A DNA stretch of 64,000 nucleotides, from positions 2,904,946-2,968,945 of the forward strand of contig CAJFCJ010000006.1 in the NCBI GenBank assembly GCA_904063045.1, read 5' to 3'. Position 1 is the first letter of the stretch; each line of letters begins with the position of its first letter. The notes beneath the pieces were generated by a model that saw nothing but the letters and a program-made list of their open reading frames with translations, ran no database searches and was not told the DNA's origin. Both the position numbers and the translations under genes were made by a program. Source of the stretch: Dimorphilus gyrociliatus. Lineage: Eukaryota; Animalia; Annelida. Positions 22,163 through 35,535 of the stretch are shown here, piece by piece.

Positions 22163-24784
22163 TTATTTCTGTCTTAAATCTGCTTTTATTAGTAGGCCAT
22201 AGATAATTAATGAATTATCATTTTCAACGAACCATTCTATTTCGGTGTTGGAAAATCTGCAGAGAAATTCAATTGTTTATTGCATAACGAACAAGATTTA
22301 GGTGAATACATACGATGGATCAAATTGGAGTTGTTTATTGCCGTTTCTACCTTGAGCTGTATAGCTATCGGGTCTTACTAAGACTTGAAAAGCCAATTTA
22401 ATGTCATAAGCTCCGTATCTTTTAAGTAAAAATGGAATATTAAACCGACAAATATTTAAAATCTCCAACTGATTAAGTACCTTCTTGACTGAGATGTGTA
22501 ACTGCAATATTTAATTGATGGAGAAACAAATCTAGTTGCTGATTCTCGGATTTCTGAATTACGACTTTCAATAACTTCTTTTACACTATCGCTGAAAGAT
22601 ATTGGAAGATAGGCTCTATGCCAATCCTCAAAGTCGTACACGGTTGCATGGGTGTCGTGAACGTTGAGCCCTATCCTATACCATCCAAGAGGCAAAACAT
22701 ATTTTCTTAAAGGCTTTCCCCTATGATAATAGTCATTGTCTTTTCTATAAAGGTGGCAATTATGACAGAAACATTTGCTATGTCTTTCTGCTTTGTAAGA
22801 ATCTCCTATAAGTTTAAAAGTTGTAAACAAATTAGTTGCTTCGTTTAGCTGTTAAAATAGACTAACTTATGGATAATTCAGTTTTAAAATATTTATCACA
22901 TAAATTTTTTAATTGACAAATTTCTGAGTCTTTTATCCTCTTGATTTCGTTCAATTTTAAGATACAAGTTGAAATTAAATCATCAAATTCGTTTCCTTTT
23001 AATTTTTCCAATTCCATTATGAATCTATCTGCGTTGAAATTCCTCGGTAAGGTGTCTACTTTTCTAATAGTTTTAATAGTCATTGAGAAACAGACGCTTA
23101 AACAATTTAAAAGATGTTCACAGGACGTTAAATCGTTTGGGTCTAAATTTTCCAATTTATTTCCCAACATGTTCATTATACCCATATCAAACAAATGTTG
23201 GTAATTCCTTTCATTTCTCAAAGCATACCTTAAAATTTCAAGAATTAACGTCGATTGGAGTTTATCATTGAAATATTTTATCAGTAAATTCGCACAAGTT
23301 TCTATAAAAGGAAAAACAGTTATATAGTTATTTAGCATAGCTATTTTTTTATTTAAAAACAACCATCAAGTTCAAAGGTTTCTCCACAAAGAAGAATACT
23401 TATCGTTAGAGTAACTAGTTTGATGTTATCAGGTGTGAGATGGCATCTTGTAAAGTTAATATAGTAATCTCTTTTTTCCAAAATTCTACCTGATATCTCC
23501 GATATCTTACAGCCCTGTTTAATTAACTGTAAAGTACACAGCAAAATTCCATTCGGATTTAACTGTTTAACAATTAAAATATTAATGAATTAAGATGAAT
23601 TTTAAAATAATTATATTGTATTGTACTTTAAGTTTTTCGGCCTCCATTACAATGTGTAAAAGATCAATAAATGAATTGTCAAAAGCCAATTTAGCGAACA
23701 TAGCATTCTTCTTTGAACAACTCTTGAAAAATTTACACATCATTCTGTAACTTTGTTGAATATCATGATCGTCCATATACAATGTGAAAAATCTCAACAT
23801 TTTATTTGCAACCTCAAAAAACTGACTTTTCATAATAATGGTTAGAATAGTTTCGTATAGGATACTATCACAGTAGCATACTCTTAAAAATTTTAATAGT
23901 TTCTTTAAAAAATCTTTAAAAAGAGAGTATTCATTAATTTTTGCTATAAGATCCAAAATTTTAAGAAGAACTTTAGTAAACGTTTCCAAATCGCTATAAT
24001 ATCCTTCAGATTTAAGAAGATACGGTAGTTTCGCAACGCTAATTTCACAGTTTTTACTGGAGATGCTTACCGTTAGGAACAGATTTTTATTCTGTTTTGT
24101 AAATAATTCAGTTATTCCGGTAAAACATATACCGTAATCTATATCATTTGTTCCGAATGATAGAGTTCCTCTTTTAAAATCGACTATCATTTTGAAATAG
24201 TCGGGAATAACGAAGCTCGGCGAACAATTCTCCGGGTAGCTATGAATTACTTCATTCTTATAATAAAATTCTTTACTGTTTAAATCCCAACCAAATGAAT
24301 TCTCATTCTGACCGCAAAGTGGAACGAGAGAGCTTTCTCTTTTAGAAACTGAATCGGTTGATAAACCAATTATTGAGAATTTACCTCTTCTCGTTTCTTT
24401 AGGCCAATATATTTGATAAACGTGAATTCCTTTGTATAATCCTTCTGTACACTTAGCTAAATCTGAGGAGGTTTTGGAAATATTTTTACGAATCGTTATC
24501 TTTTCATCGGTTATTGTAAAGTTATCTGAGGAATCGATCTTATCCCATTGAAATACATTTTCTTGTTTGAACCATTGGGGTACACAACCTTGTTTAGCTT
24601 TAACAGGATTAACTTCATACGCTTTAATACGCTTTTCCCAAGCATCCAATGGAAGTGTAAACTCATCCTGAAAATGATACTGTCCTTCATAATTATCTCT
24701 TTCACAATCAGTACCGGATGCATTTCTTATTAGAGTACTTGTTTTCGATTCTATATCACCTAAATCGCTTAGATTGTTACCCAT
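22163..24784 (-). CDS. Cluster gene P2: MG-start SPRY - helical - NEURL4-type ART (His lost)
   Basis: MGNNLS; SPRY WD...KGIHVYQIYWP...SFGWD; CFCHNCH; WHRAYLPI in place of YHGT; SPSIKY; AFQVLVRP; EIEW; stop 22163-22165. Confidence 0.82.
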
Positions 24785-25052
24785 ATCTGTCTGTGATATA
24801 TCTGCTTTCGTTTTCGATAAAATGGCGTCTGGTGGTTACCGAAATAGAAAATAAAATGTTTCATACGTTGTATTTAAATATTGAAGCTAATTCATCATTT
24901 TTAAATTTTTTGGACAGGGAACCTAGTTTTAAAATTCTACTTTCGTTTTTAAAATAGTAAATAGCAATAACAACAATTGAAAGCTGATATCATACTGTAT
25001 TTTGTGTAAAAAATAGTTCTAAATGTTAGTGATTATTTATCGAAAAAGAAAG

Positions 25053-27787
25053 TTAACTTTTTTCAATAGGTTCTATATTAATCAAAAGTCCGTAGAGAGC
25101 ATGACAAGCACGTTGCATTGTAAACCATTCAAGTTCGTCGTTGGAAAATCTGTTAAGATGATTATTAAAATAAATATTAATTATATTATTTTAATTGATT
25201 TTTATACAAAAAACCAACTTCTGATCAATTTGTTTGCTTTGTCCAATTGTTTGTGGTCCAATTTTGTAAGTATTTGGTGCCATTAGAACTTGAAAACACA
25301 TTTTGACAACGTATTTATCTTTCCATCTATAGAATATTTTTTAATTAATAGATTACTTTGTTTAGTGTAATAATAGATAAAAGTTGATAATTACCTTGAT
25401 CCTGGGGAGTAGTGGGTTGAATAGCGAAGAGATGGAGATACAAATACACATTTTGTATTGAATCCTTCAGGTTTTCTCTCATCATTAAAGTGATTTGGCA
25501 ATTCTGTCAGCCGATGACCACTAGCTGTATAATCACCGGGTAATAACAGAAATCCATGACGTAGAATATCAGGGATAGTCTCAGTCTTGGTACCGTGATA
25601 AGCTCTATGCCATTTTTTTACGGCTTCTGCCTCTTCTGCAAAAGGAGGTAAAACCAAACCAAACCTATACCATCCAATAGGCAATGCATAGGTTCGGGAT
25701 GGCTCTCCACGTGAGTAATAATCTTGATCGTTTCTTTTAGAATGGCAGTTGATGCAAAAACATCTATCGTATTTAGAGTCAAAATATACCGAGCCTATAA
25801 AGAAATAGAATGGTTGTCTTCCTATTTTTGAATAATCAAATAAAAGTATATTTACTAAAATTTAAACACTGCATTAATTCTGCAGTTAAATCTTTCAGAA
25901 GGCATTTTTTCTCTACAGCTACTCCTTTCTCAATTTCATCTAATTTGTTTAGGCAGGAATTAATCTGGCATTCAATGCTGCTTGAACCGCTTGATAAGTC
26001 TTTGAGAGTTTCTCTTAATCGCTTTACGCCTACACTATCTCTGAGAGAACTATTATGAGAATTTTCCCTTTGTAATTCGACAACTTTCGTTAATAGTTTA
26101 ATTAGACATTGTAACGCTATAGTAAGACAGTCATTTTTTTCTTTAATTCCATTCAAAATGCCATTAAATTTACCAGTAACCCCTTGACGTAACAAATACA
26201 AAATATTCTGATTGTTGTCCAGTACTGATGCCAATGTATCCAGAGCTTCTTTTGGTAATATGAAAAAGTCATCTCCGACCTTTCCATCTAGGGCTGCAGA
26301 TTCAGCGAAAGAGGCAATGATATCCAGAAAATGTGCTGAATTTAACAAAAAAGCTTTGTTATTATTCTTATATTCTATATATATTCATATATGCATACAA
26401 TTAATGGTCCATTTAGATCTCGAATCTTCGTATTTTATATAGCCAAGACTCATAATACATAGTATTGGAATAAATGATTCGACGTCTACACCTGCACATA
26501 TATTATCAGAACAATGTTTTTCAAGCAATCCGTCAATTTTCCTTTGAAGAATTTCATCTCTTATTGCCGATATCTTAGAGAGATTGCATATTAGGATGAG
26601 GATAGGGAGTAGAATATCTTTCTTGATCTGTAACCAATTGATTTAAATGATTAGAAAAGCTATTAGTTGTTTGTTTAAGTAATACTAACTGATATTGACA
26701 TATTTGCTTTAATTATGTCTGAAAGTACAGTTTCCAAAGTATCTAAACATCCAGATTCAAATAGTGACGTGGAAAATTTTGCAAAATCGTGGGAACATGT
26801 TCCCATCAGTTTAGTTATCTCTATAAAATTCGTAATCGCTGCTGGTTTCCTTTTTTGTTTATATGTATATTTCTGATAATGGCACATTATGTTAGCGTCT
26901 TTCGCAATCATAGACATATATATCTTATACATCCAAACGTCTTGTTTAGCTTCCTCCAAAATATTATGAAACTTGGCAATGCTTTCATATATAAGTGAGG
27001 AGTCATCTAAGCTTTTGCTACGCATCATCTCTATTAAAGTTCTCCAAACTACAGAATTTTCCGATAAAGCAGACGTACTTCTTGTTGAAAACAATTGATT
27101 AAATGTACTCTTCCCCATGCCTTCGATTTTTGTCATTGATACCTTATCATTGAAATTTGTAAGATTAACTGTAGGATATAGTTTTACATTCTTTTTGGAG
27201 AAAACTGCATCCAATCCACTACAACAAATTCCAATATCTCCGTGTTCATCTTTAAATGAGAGGATCCCTTTCTGCAAGTCTAGGATCATAAAAAAGGTGT
27301 CTGATACTGAATAACCAGGATTCCTGTCCTCCGGATACGTATTCAACACCATTCCTCCGTAAAGAGCTTTATTATTTACTATATCCCAACCTAGTGAGTG
27401 CTGATTTAGACCACATAACGGTAGGCATTGAAAATTTTGAATGGGTGCCATCTGAGAAGAAACACCAATAACTGCACACAAACCCCTCTTTTTCTGAGGC
27501 CAATGTATTTTAAATATGTGTAATCCATCAGTATATCCTTCAGCTGCTTTTGCAATATGTGAACTAGGTCTTTCTGCAATTTTAGACACTGTCAATCCGT
27601 CAGCTTCTATTCTGAGAGATGAAGATGTCTTTTCCTCATCCCATATAGACGCCTGTTTTATCCTAGGGCTTTTGACTGCTTCTGCAGGCCTTTGAGTGTT
27701 TCTCGTATTGGAATTCTTGAGTGCACTCACGAAAATTTTAGCTATATCTTCTTCCAAGTCTGACAAATCGCCTTGAGCATTTCCCAT
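25053..27787 (-). CDS. Cluster gene P3: MG-start SPRY - helical - NEURL4-type ART
   Basis: MGNAQG; SPRY GYTDGLHIFKIHWP...SLGWD; CFCINCH; WHRAYHGT; SPSLRY; CFQVLMAP; ELEW; stop 25053-25055. Confidence 0.85.
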
Positions 27788-28336
27788 TTCTGCAATGCAA
27801 CTGAAGCTACACTTCCTACTTTCACTTTAAAATAGAACTGGAACCATACTAAAAAAGAGTTTATAAGTACAGAAATTTGTCATGAAAACCAGAAGAGAAC
27901 CATTTTAAACTTCAAATATGGTTTAAATTGATTAATATATAACTATAAATGATAAACTCTTTAATGTTAAAACAAAGTTTGTATGCAATAACGTTTTATT
28001 TACTTTATAACGATAGGCCTTCATATACGCCTTATAACAATAGAAATATAAACGAAAATAAAAACAAGATGATTACACGATTACAACTTCAATGATATTT
28101 TTTATTCTCTTTACGATTCAATTTCAAGTTTCTGCGTTTCTTTTTTTTTTTAAAGAAAAAATAATTAAAAATAGATTGTAAGAGTAACAAAGTGATGAAA
28201 GACAAAAACAGAAAATCAAAAAAAAGATAAGTATTTAAGGTTGAAAATTTGTTGATAATAATATTTTTCAACAATATTTTTTAAATTATAATTAATTAAA
28301 AAAAAATTACTTAGAAAACGAAAGTAGAAAAAGAGT

Positions 28337-30988
28337 TTATTTTTCGTTCTTTTCGATTTTAATTAGTAGACTGTGCAGTACAACAGAACTTCTATTTTCT
28401 GTAAACCATTCGAGATCATAGTTTGAATACCTGAATGAATAATTAAAAATCAATTAATTCATTTAATTATAAAGGAGTAGTTTTAGTTTGCATTTACATT
28501 AAATCAATTTGCTTTTTAACACCAATTGTTTCGGGTCCAATATTATAGCAATTAGGCTTAATTAGAACTTGAAATGCTGCTTTAACTGTACAACCGTTCC
28601 ATCTTTTGAAAAATAGGAGGGTTTTTTTTAAATTGTTTCTATTGCTATTCTAATTATTTAGCTTACTGTTTTCCTGGAGAATAGTAATTTGCATAGCGAA
28701 GAGAAGGTGAGACAAATATTCTCTTTGTATTGAAACCTTCTGGTTTATTATCATTGTTGTAATGTCCAGGTAGTTCTTTTATTCTGTGACCGTCAGCAGT
28801 CATCTCTCCTGGTAAAAGTAGTTCCTCCTGGCGCAAAATTGTATAAACCCTATCAACTCTTGTTCCATGAAATGCTCTATGCCAAGTTTCAGAAGCTCTT
28901 TCCGATTTGGCTTGAGAAGGTATTTTAAGAGCAAATCTAAACCATCCAATAGGTAAGGAATGATATCTTGGTGGGATACCATGAGATACCCCTTCGGCTT
29001 CATTCCTTATCGAATGACAAACTGGACAATAACATTTATCATATTGGTTCAAGAGATACGATTTATCTGTGTAAAGAAACGAGTATTTCAGTGAAAATGT
29101 TAACTATATATATATATATAGTTTCTTACTGTCAATATTAATATATTCTTTTAAGAAGCGTCTACTTAAATTCTCTAAAATGCATTCGCCTTTTATTTTT
29201 CCTATTGTAAATTTTTGTATCTTATAAAGACATATTTTTGACGTCATTGAAAGATAATTGAAATCTCTCTCGTCCAACTTCTTTAATACATCCACTAAGC
29301 CATTAACTTTAACAATTTTTCGATATTGTTGATCTTTACCCTCATGAGTCATAACAATTAACGTAAATAATTTATTCAAGCATTGCTGTGCTAATTCGAG
29401 ACAAACGTTGTCATTTGATAATTGAATTAAAGCGTCGTTTAAGATGCCAATTAAATTCCTTTTTAATAGAAAATGACAATTTTCCGCACAATCCAATATT
29501 GCTAGTAAAGTTTCCAACGCTTCTCTGGGAAAAACATACATTGTTGAAAATTTTGCATGTCCTTCTTTTATGGCTTTTATAGTCAATTCCACTAAGATTT
29601 CTAATAGTTTTTCTACGTATTTGAAGAGAGTAGTATTTTATTAGTCATAAAGTTATGGCCAATCCCTATACAAACCTGGCACTATCCAAGCTTGTCGATT
29701 ATCGCTGTATAAAACGTTACCTAGAGTCATAACGCTAATAAGACAAACTGTCGGTGGATATGCTATCGTATCGCAATAATTCTCCAAAATTCCATGAATC
29801 CTCTTTCGTATTATTTCATCTTTTATTATTGTCACCTTTGACAAATTGTGTAAAAGGCCTATTGAATTTACTAGAATCTCGCTTTTTACCTAGAATTTTT
29901 GAATAAAGAGAGTAGTAAGAAATTATATCTATATTTTCATTATTACTTACGTCTTGCGCTATTGATAGTTTAGGCATAATTTGAAAAGTATCTATAATAG
30001 TATCTAAGCATTTTTGATTAACGAGTGCAATGGGAAAAAGAGCATTTCCCCAAGTATAATAATACATAAGTCGAGATACTGCAATGAAGCATTGAACACC
30101 GACACTATCTCTTATTTGTGTTAGGGAGAATATTTGAAAAAGATTTAAAGCTCTGGTATCATCAAGTTTTGTCATCATTTTTAAATATGTTTTATACATC
30201 CATAGATCATCTCTAACCATAAAATTTAGTTCCAAAAATTCTTGTATAATTTGAAGTATGACATTGACCTTATCCGAACTTTTATGTATCATCATTGAAT
30301 TTAACATACGCCATTTAACTGACATCTCTAGTAGCATTCCAATCCTTCTTTTGGAGGGATCATGAGATGAATTATGAATTTCTACCACGGTAACTTCGCT
30401 ACCAGCTGATGTAAGATTAATAACGGGATATAGTTTAATCCCCTGTTCAGCAAATATACTATTTAATTCACAATAACAAAAGCCAAATTCCTCGTCATCC
30501 GTTCTAAACGCTAATATGCCTTTATCAAGGTCTAAAATCATATAAAAATTTTCAGGCACTGCGTAGTTGGGATTTCGATCTTTGGGATAATTCTTAATTA
30601 AATTCCCATTAAAAAATGACTGATTATTAACGATATCCCAACCAAGAAGAACTTCGTTTGAATCGAAAATCTGAACAATTTGTGAACGACAAACTGGAAC
30701 TTGATCTGTAGATACACCTATTATAGCAACCTCGCCTCTTTTTTTCTTAGGCCAATTCACTTTAAAGATGTGTATGCCTTCAGTATATCCAGATGTACTC
30801 CTAGCTATATCTGCAGTATCCGTAGATAAACATTTTTTTACTGTTAAGCCAAGATTACATATTTCCAAATTGGGAGAAGACTCGTAATTATCCCATTTAA
30901 AAGCTGTCTTTCCAGCAAAAGTTCGAATAATCTCTTTTGTAGATTGTTCAATTGTAGATTTATTATCGAAATCCGAATTGCTTTCCAT
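28337..30988 (-). CDS. Cluster gene P4: SPRY - helical - NEURL4-type ART (no N-terminal Gly)
   Basis: MESNSD; SPRY GYTEGIHIFKVNWP; CYCPVCH; WHRAFHGT; SPSLRY; AFQVLIKP; DLEW; stop 28337-28339. Confidence 0.85.
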
Positions 30989-32338
30989 AATTTGTATGAA
31001 AAATGTCGAAGAACTCTATATCTAATAATATTTATTAAACATTTCACATAAAGAGAAAAGACTATTCTCGCGTAAAAGTCTCTCCTATAAAATAAACAGT
31101 TGATAGTTTTGTCGTTACTCCACTCTTCAAAACTTCTGTTTACTCAAAAGTAAAATTCTATTTTTTTTTCATTTTTAGGCGACTGATTCACATGAATGAT
31201 TTCAGTATTGATTCTATTCTCCTAACAATTTACTAATATCATATTGGGTATTAATCATATTTTTTTTTTCTTAAATATCTATCAATATTCGAATTATGAA
31301 GAATTTTAATATTGTATGAAGTGGAATTATGCTCAACGCCCTTTCTTTTCTCTTTTGAACAATACCCCCTATTTCAAATACGCTATTCTGTCCATTGAAG
31401 TATAAAGCATATAATATAGAAATAAACTTGTTATATCTTTATAGTTGAACAAACCTACTCTAATTACCACTAACTATCAAATAATTATACAAGTATAGTA
31501 GATATTTTCTTATATCAGCTTTTATTACGTAAGAGAAGGAAATAAGAAATGAGAGAACAAGTTAGTACGGTTTTAATGCTGCTGGCTTCTATGAAAAATG
31601 AATAGGATCATAAAATTTGTTGGCTAATATATTTTATACTTTTACTGAAAATATAATAATTTATAAAGTAAGAAGACTTTTATTGGTCTTTTTAGGTCTT
31701 TCGCTGACCTAGATAAATAGTTCTACGCGTAGTTAAAAATGCCTTTTCATCAAAAATATGCGATCTAAGCCTATACAATAAAAAATCATTTAATCTAGAA
31801 TGGCAGTATTCAGTCTTGAATATCCCAGTTATAGGCTATCAATAATCTCTGAAAAAATGAGAGAGGGAAAAACAAGTGCCAATCAACTATGAGCTAAATG
31901 TATTTATTGTTTATTTACTTTGATATTTATCTCTAAATACTCTAAATAGTATCAAAACAAAAACGTAAATATTATTAATTAATTTGAAAAAGCTACCATT
32001 CACAATTCCTTTTAAAAAATAGATTCATTTGTTTATTTATCTACTAAGTCCAATATAACTATAAGTATAATTCTATTAATTACAAATTACATGGTTCTTT
32101 GAACCTGAATAATAACGCCTGGCATACTGATAGTTAGCTTTTATCCCTATTGGTCTTATTTTATATATATATATATAGGCTAAATACTGCAAAATGATTT
32201 ATCTTAAATAGTAAAAGCATTGTAGTTGATATCGATATTGAATAAAAGAAAAAAAAACATCAACAACAACAAACGTTATGCGCAGTTTAAATATTTTGGA
32301 AATAAAAGAAATCTTTAAAAGGGGACAAAGTTCAATAT

Positions 32339-32342
<4 letters not shown>

Positions 32343-32370
<28 letters not shown>

Positions 32371-32398
32371 CAGAGAGAGAGAGAGAAAGAGAGAGAGA
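32343..32398. repeat. Compound (TA)n/(AG)n microsatellite
   Basis: Direct reading. Confidence 0.85.
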
Positions 32399-32908
32399 AA
32401 ATTTTATGCCTGAACGAATATTCTAAAAGAGAAAATAGCCCCTCCCTTTTTTTCTGTCCATCACCCTTGATTAAATTACCAACTCTTATTTTTTAAATAA
32501 AAAGTCCTCTAGTCCTCCAGTTAATCTAAATATCATAAATCCGATATGAGATACATATATAGGATATATAGAGTTAATTTTAAAGATGATATCTTCAACA
32601 GAGACTACTCAAGATGGCTCTTTTTTTTCACACTTAGTAAAAAAAATGAAAAAAAAGAATAACCTTGAAAAAAACAAGGTCTTGTATTCTTCTCTTTCTT
32701 ATTCTGCTTCTAAAGAGCAAAAATCATAATAAACTAGCAATAATAGATTGTATACAGTACACCCATATTTTTTTATTATTAAGTTATCTATAATTTTTCT
32801 TCTAGAATATTTATTTTATAAAGAATACGAAAAGAATGGAAAATAAATATGATAACATATATAATTTTTAAATTAAAGACTCTATTGTTAGATAGGGGGG
32901 GGAAAAAA

Positions 32909-33533
32909 ATGGAAAAATCGAATTTTTTTGATTATTTATCAATTGATTCGAGAGTTATTACATTTGAAGAAGATAAATACGGAAATTATAAATCGAATAT
33001 AACATTAAAAAATAACTTGAAGAGTAATAGAGTTAGATTTTTATTAAAGACGAATAAATCAAAAATATTTAATATTAAACCTACAAATACAAATATATTG
33101 GATTGCGATGAAAACATTAATCTAAAAATATCTTGTAAAACTGCTAGTATTGATGAAATAGAAAATAGTTGTTTTCAAATATTGGCAAATATCGTTAATG
33201 ATGAAGGCCCTGATAAAGATAGTAATCAAGTAGTAGAAGCAAGATTACCTTGTAGATTACAAAGTCGTGAGCTTATCCTCCCTGAAAAGGGAAAGCAAAA
33301 TGTGGAAAAAATGTAAAGTAGTCCTTTAAATTTCTAGATCGATATCTATTTATTCTATTATCTATAGGTTAATTAATATAACAATACTTATGGTTGGTTT
33401 TCTAATCGGTATTATTTTTGCCACATTCTTTTTGAGGTCATATTATCAAAGATTGGATAAAACTGGTGGAATAACGGATTCTTTAACAAATTCTCTTTAT
33501 TGGATGTTTTTTACAAATGATAAATACGATTAG
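32909..33533 (+). CDS. MSP (major sperm protein)-domain protein with C-terminal transmembrane helix (VAP/MOSPD-like)
   Basis: NITLKN...RVRFLLKTNKSKIFNIKP matches the MSP pattern. A 55-bp intron (33313-33367) joins exon 2 LINITILMVGFLIGIIFATFFL; TAG 33531-33533. Confidence 0.7.
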
Positions 33534-33666
33534 AAATTGTTGGAAAAGCATTAAAGAACACAAAATGTCCAATTAGCATATTTTCGGTTTTTAATATAGA
33601 AATATTTATATAAAAACTTTTTTTTTTAAAAAAAAAAATATGAAATAAAACATAGCTTAATAAATT

Positions 33667-34991
33667 TTAAGTAAATATATCTTGTTCGATAGTTGAGTGT
33701 CTTTCCCCCTGAAGGCTATATATTGTTAAGCTTCCTTGAAATATTGACAATAGTAATAGAGTAATTCCAATAATTAATAGTCGGGAAAAAAATTTGCCTG
33801 TCATTTCAAGAATTGTTATAGAAATTTCTCTTTCCAAAAAGAAGAAACATCCCTGTAGAGAGAAAAAGAAAAAAAAGAAGAGTGTTTATCATTTTTACCT
33901 AAAAATTTGTTTATTTAAGTATAAAATACTGTTTGATAAATAGCTGTATTCGAAAATGGAGAGGTTACAGAAGAATTTGAATGTTTCGATGGTTTCTGGC
34001 TAAAGCAACTTTGATTTTTAGGTTTTGTTGCGTAAATACTACACGATTCTGGTATTTTTCCATTCCAATCTTGATAAGTATTAATTCCACAACAGTTGCA
34101 CTGAAAAATTAAAGGAGGTAATAGAAAATTTAAATTAATAGAATAAAATATTACATCAATCTGCAAAGCATCCCAAAATCCTCTATCGTAATGATTTTCA
34201 TTTGCATTATTCTGAACGCGTTTTAATGAATTTATCATAACTCTTTCAGCAGATTTCCTTATCTATTTATTAATTAAAAGAATAACTATAAAACTTAGAA
34301 AAAATGATATTTTTACCTCTCTAAACAAGTGTTCTGTATAACTATTAGCGCATCTCATTCTCGAGTAGCCACAGAAGATACAGAAGACAGATCCAAATAG
34401 AATAACAATTGGCTATAAATGTATACAGATAAGAAAAATAGAAAAAACTAGTTAAAATATTATATAATCATTTTACCCAAAAATTAGTTTTTCTCTTATT
34501 TAAAGCAATGCAAAATATACAAAATCCGCAAGAAATAACAATTGAACTCGATAGAATTATTATAATTTCGTTTGTATTTATTTTTGAGAAACTTTCATCT
34601 TGAACCAAATTCAACCAACAAAATTGTTTTCCAACTTGAAATTTGTTTATTCTAGTTTATAATATTGTTTATATTGTTTGTTGATTTTATATTTTATTTT
34701 TTTCAACTTTTTATGAACTTACCTGCAATTTTTTTGAGATGAAGGATCTATCGTTTGAGTAAATACTCCTATTATTATTAAAATACTCCCTCCGCACATC
34801 ATTATTAAGATGCTAGATAAAATGAATAATCCAAATCTTACTTTTAACCAATTTATTTGGAGCGAATGTAATGAAATTAAACTTGAAAATATATTTGAAT
34901 TTGCTGAAATTGTCCTCTGTAATAAAGAATCGTTATTATTTAATACTCTTTCACAACAGCAACTCATGCTGGCAGTTTCTTCTTCTTCCAT
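33667..34991 (-). CDS. Divergent tetraspanin
   Basis: Four hydrophobic segments across in-frame exons; EC2 loop with WDALQID|CNCCG...DW...IPESC...GC; stop 33667-33669. Confidence 0.8.
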
Positions 34992-35535
34992 TTTCTCCTG
35001 ATTTTATTTTTATTGGGTGTAAACAAAATTCTTTCGCAAGGGTCAAGGACGAATAATATATTATCGCTCTCTATACTGCAATTTATCATTAATATCTAAA
35101 CAATTTAACGAATAACAGCTGTTCACATTGAAAATTTATTGCGAATATTTAAAGGACGAATTTTCTATTGCAATTTAAAGTTAATTTATCCTTTCACAAA
35201 TTAGTAAAACAGTCTCTTCATTCAATAAAGTAGTGAAACACCATTTAATCAAAAGTAAGAGTCTATTGTATACTTTATATATTTAAGTATAATAATAAAT
35301 TATTCAAGTAATATTTAAGAATAAATGAAATGAAGAGATAGATTATAAATATTCCTTAATAAATATTGTTCTAAGAGATCATTGAAATTCCATATTTTAC
35401 AATAAATATTCATTCAATAACTGTATTGACAACCGATTGTTTAAATGGAAAGGAACTTATGATAAAAATATTAGAAATAAATAAACCAGTCATTTATAAA
35501 TTACGTAATTACATGCCTCTTTTCATAATTTCTGC

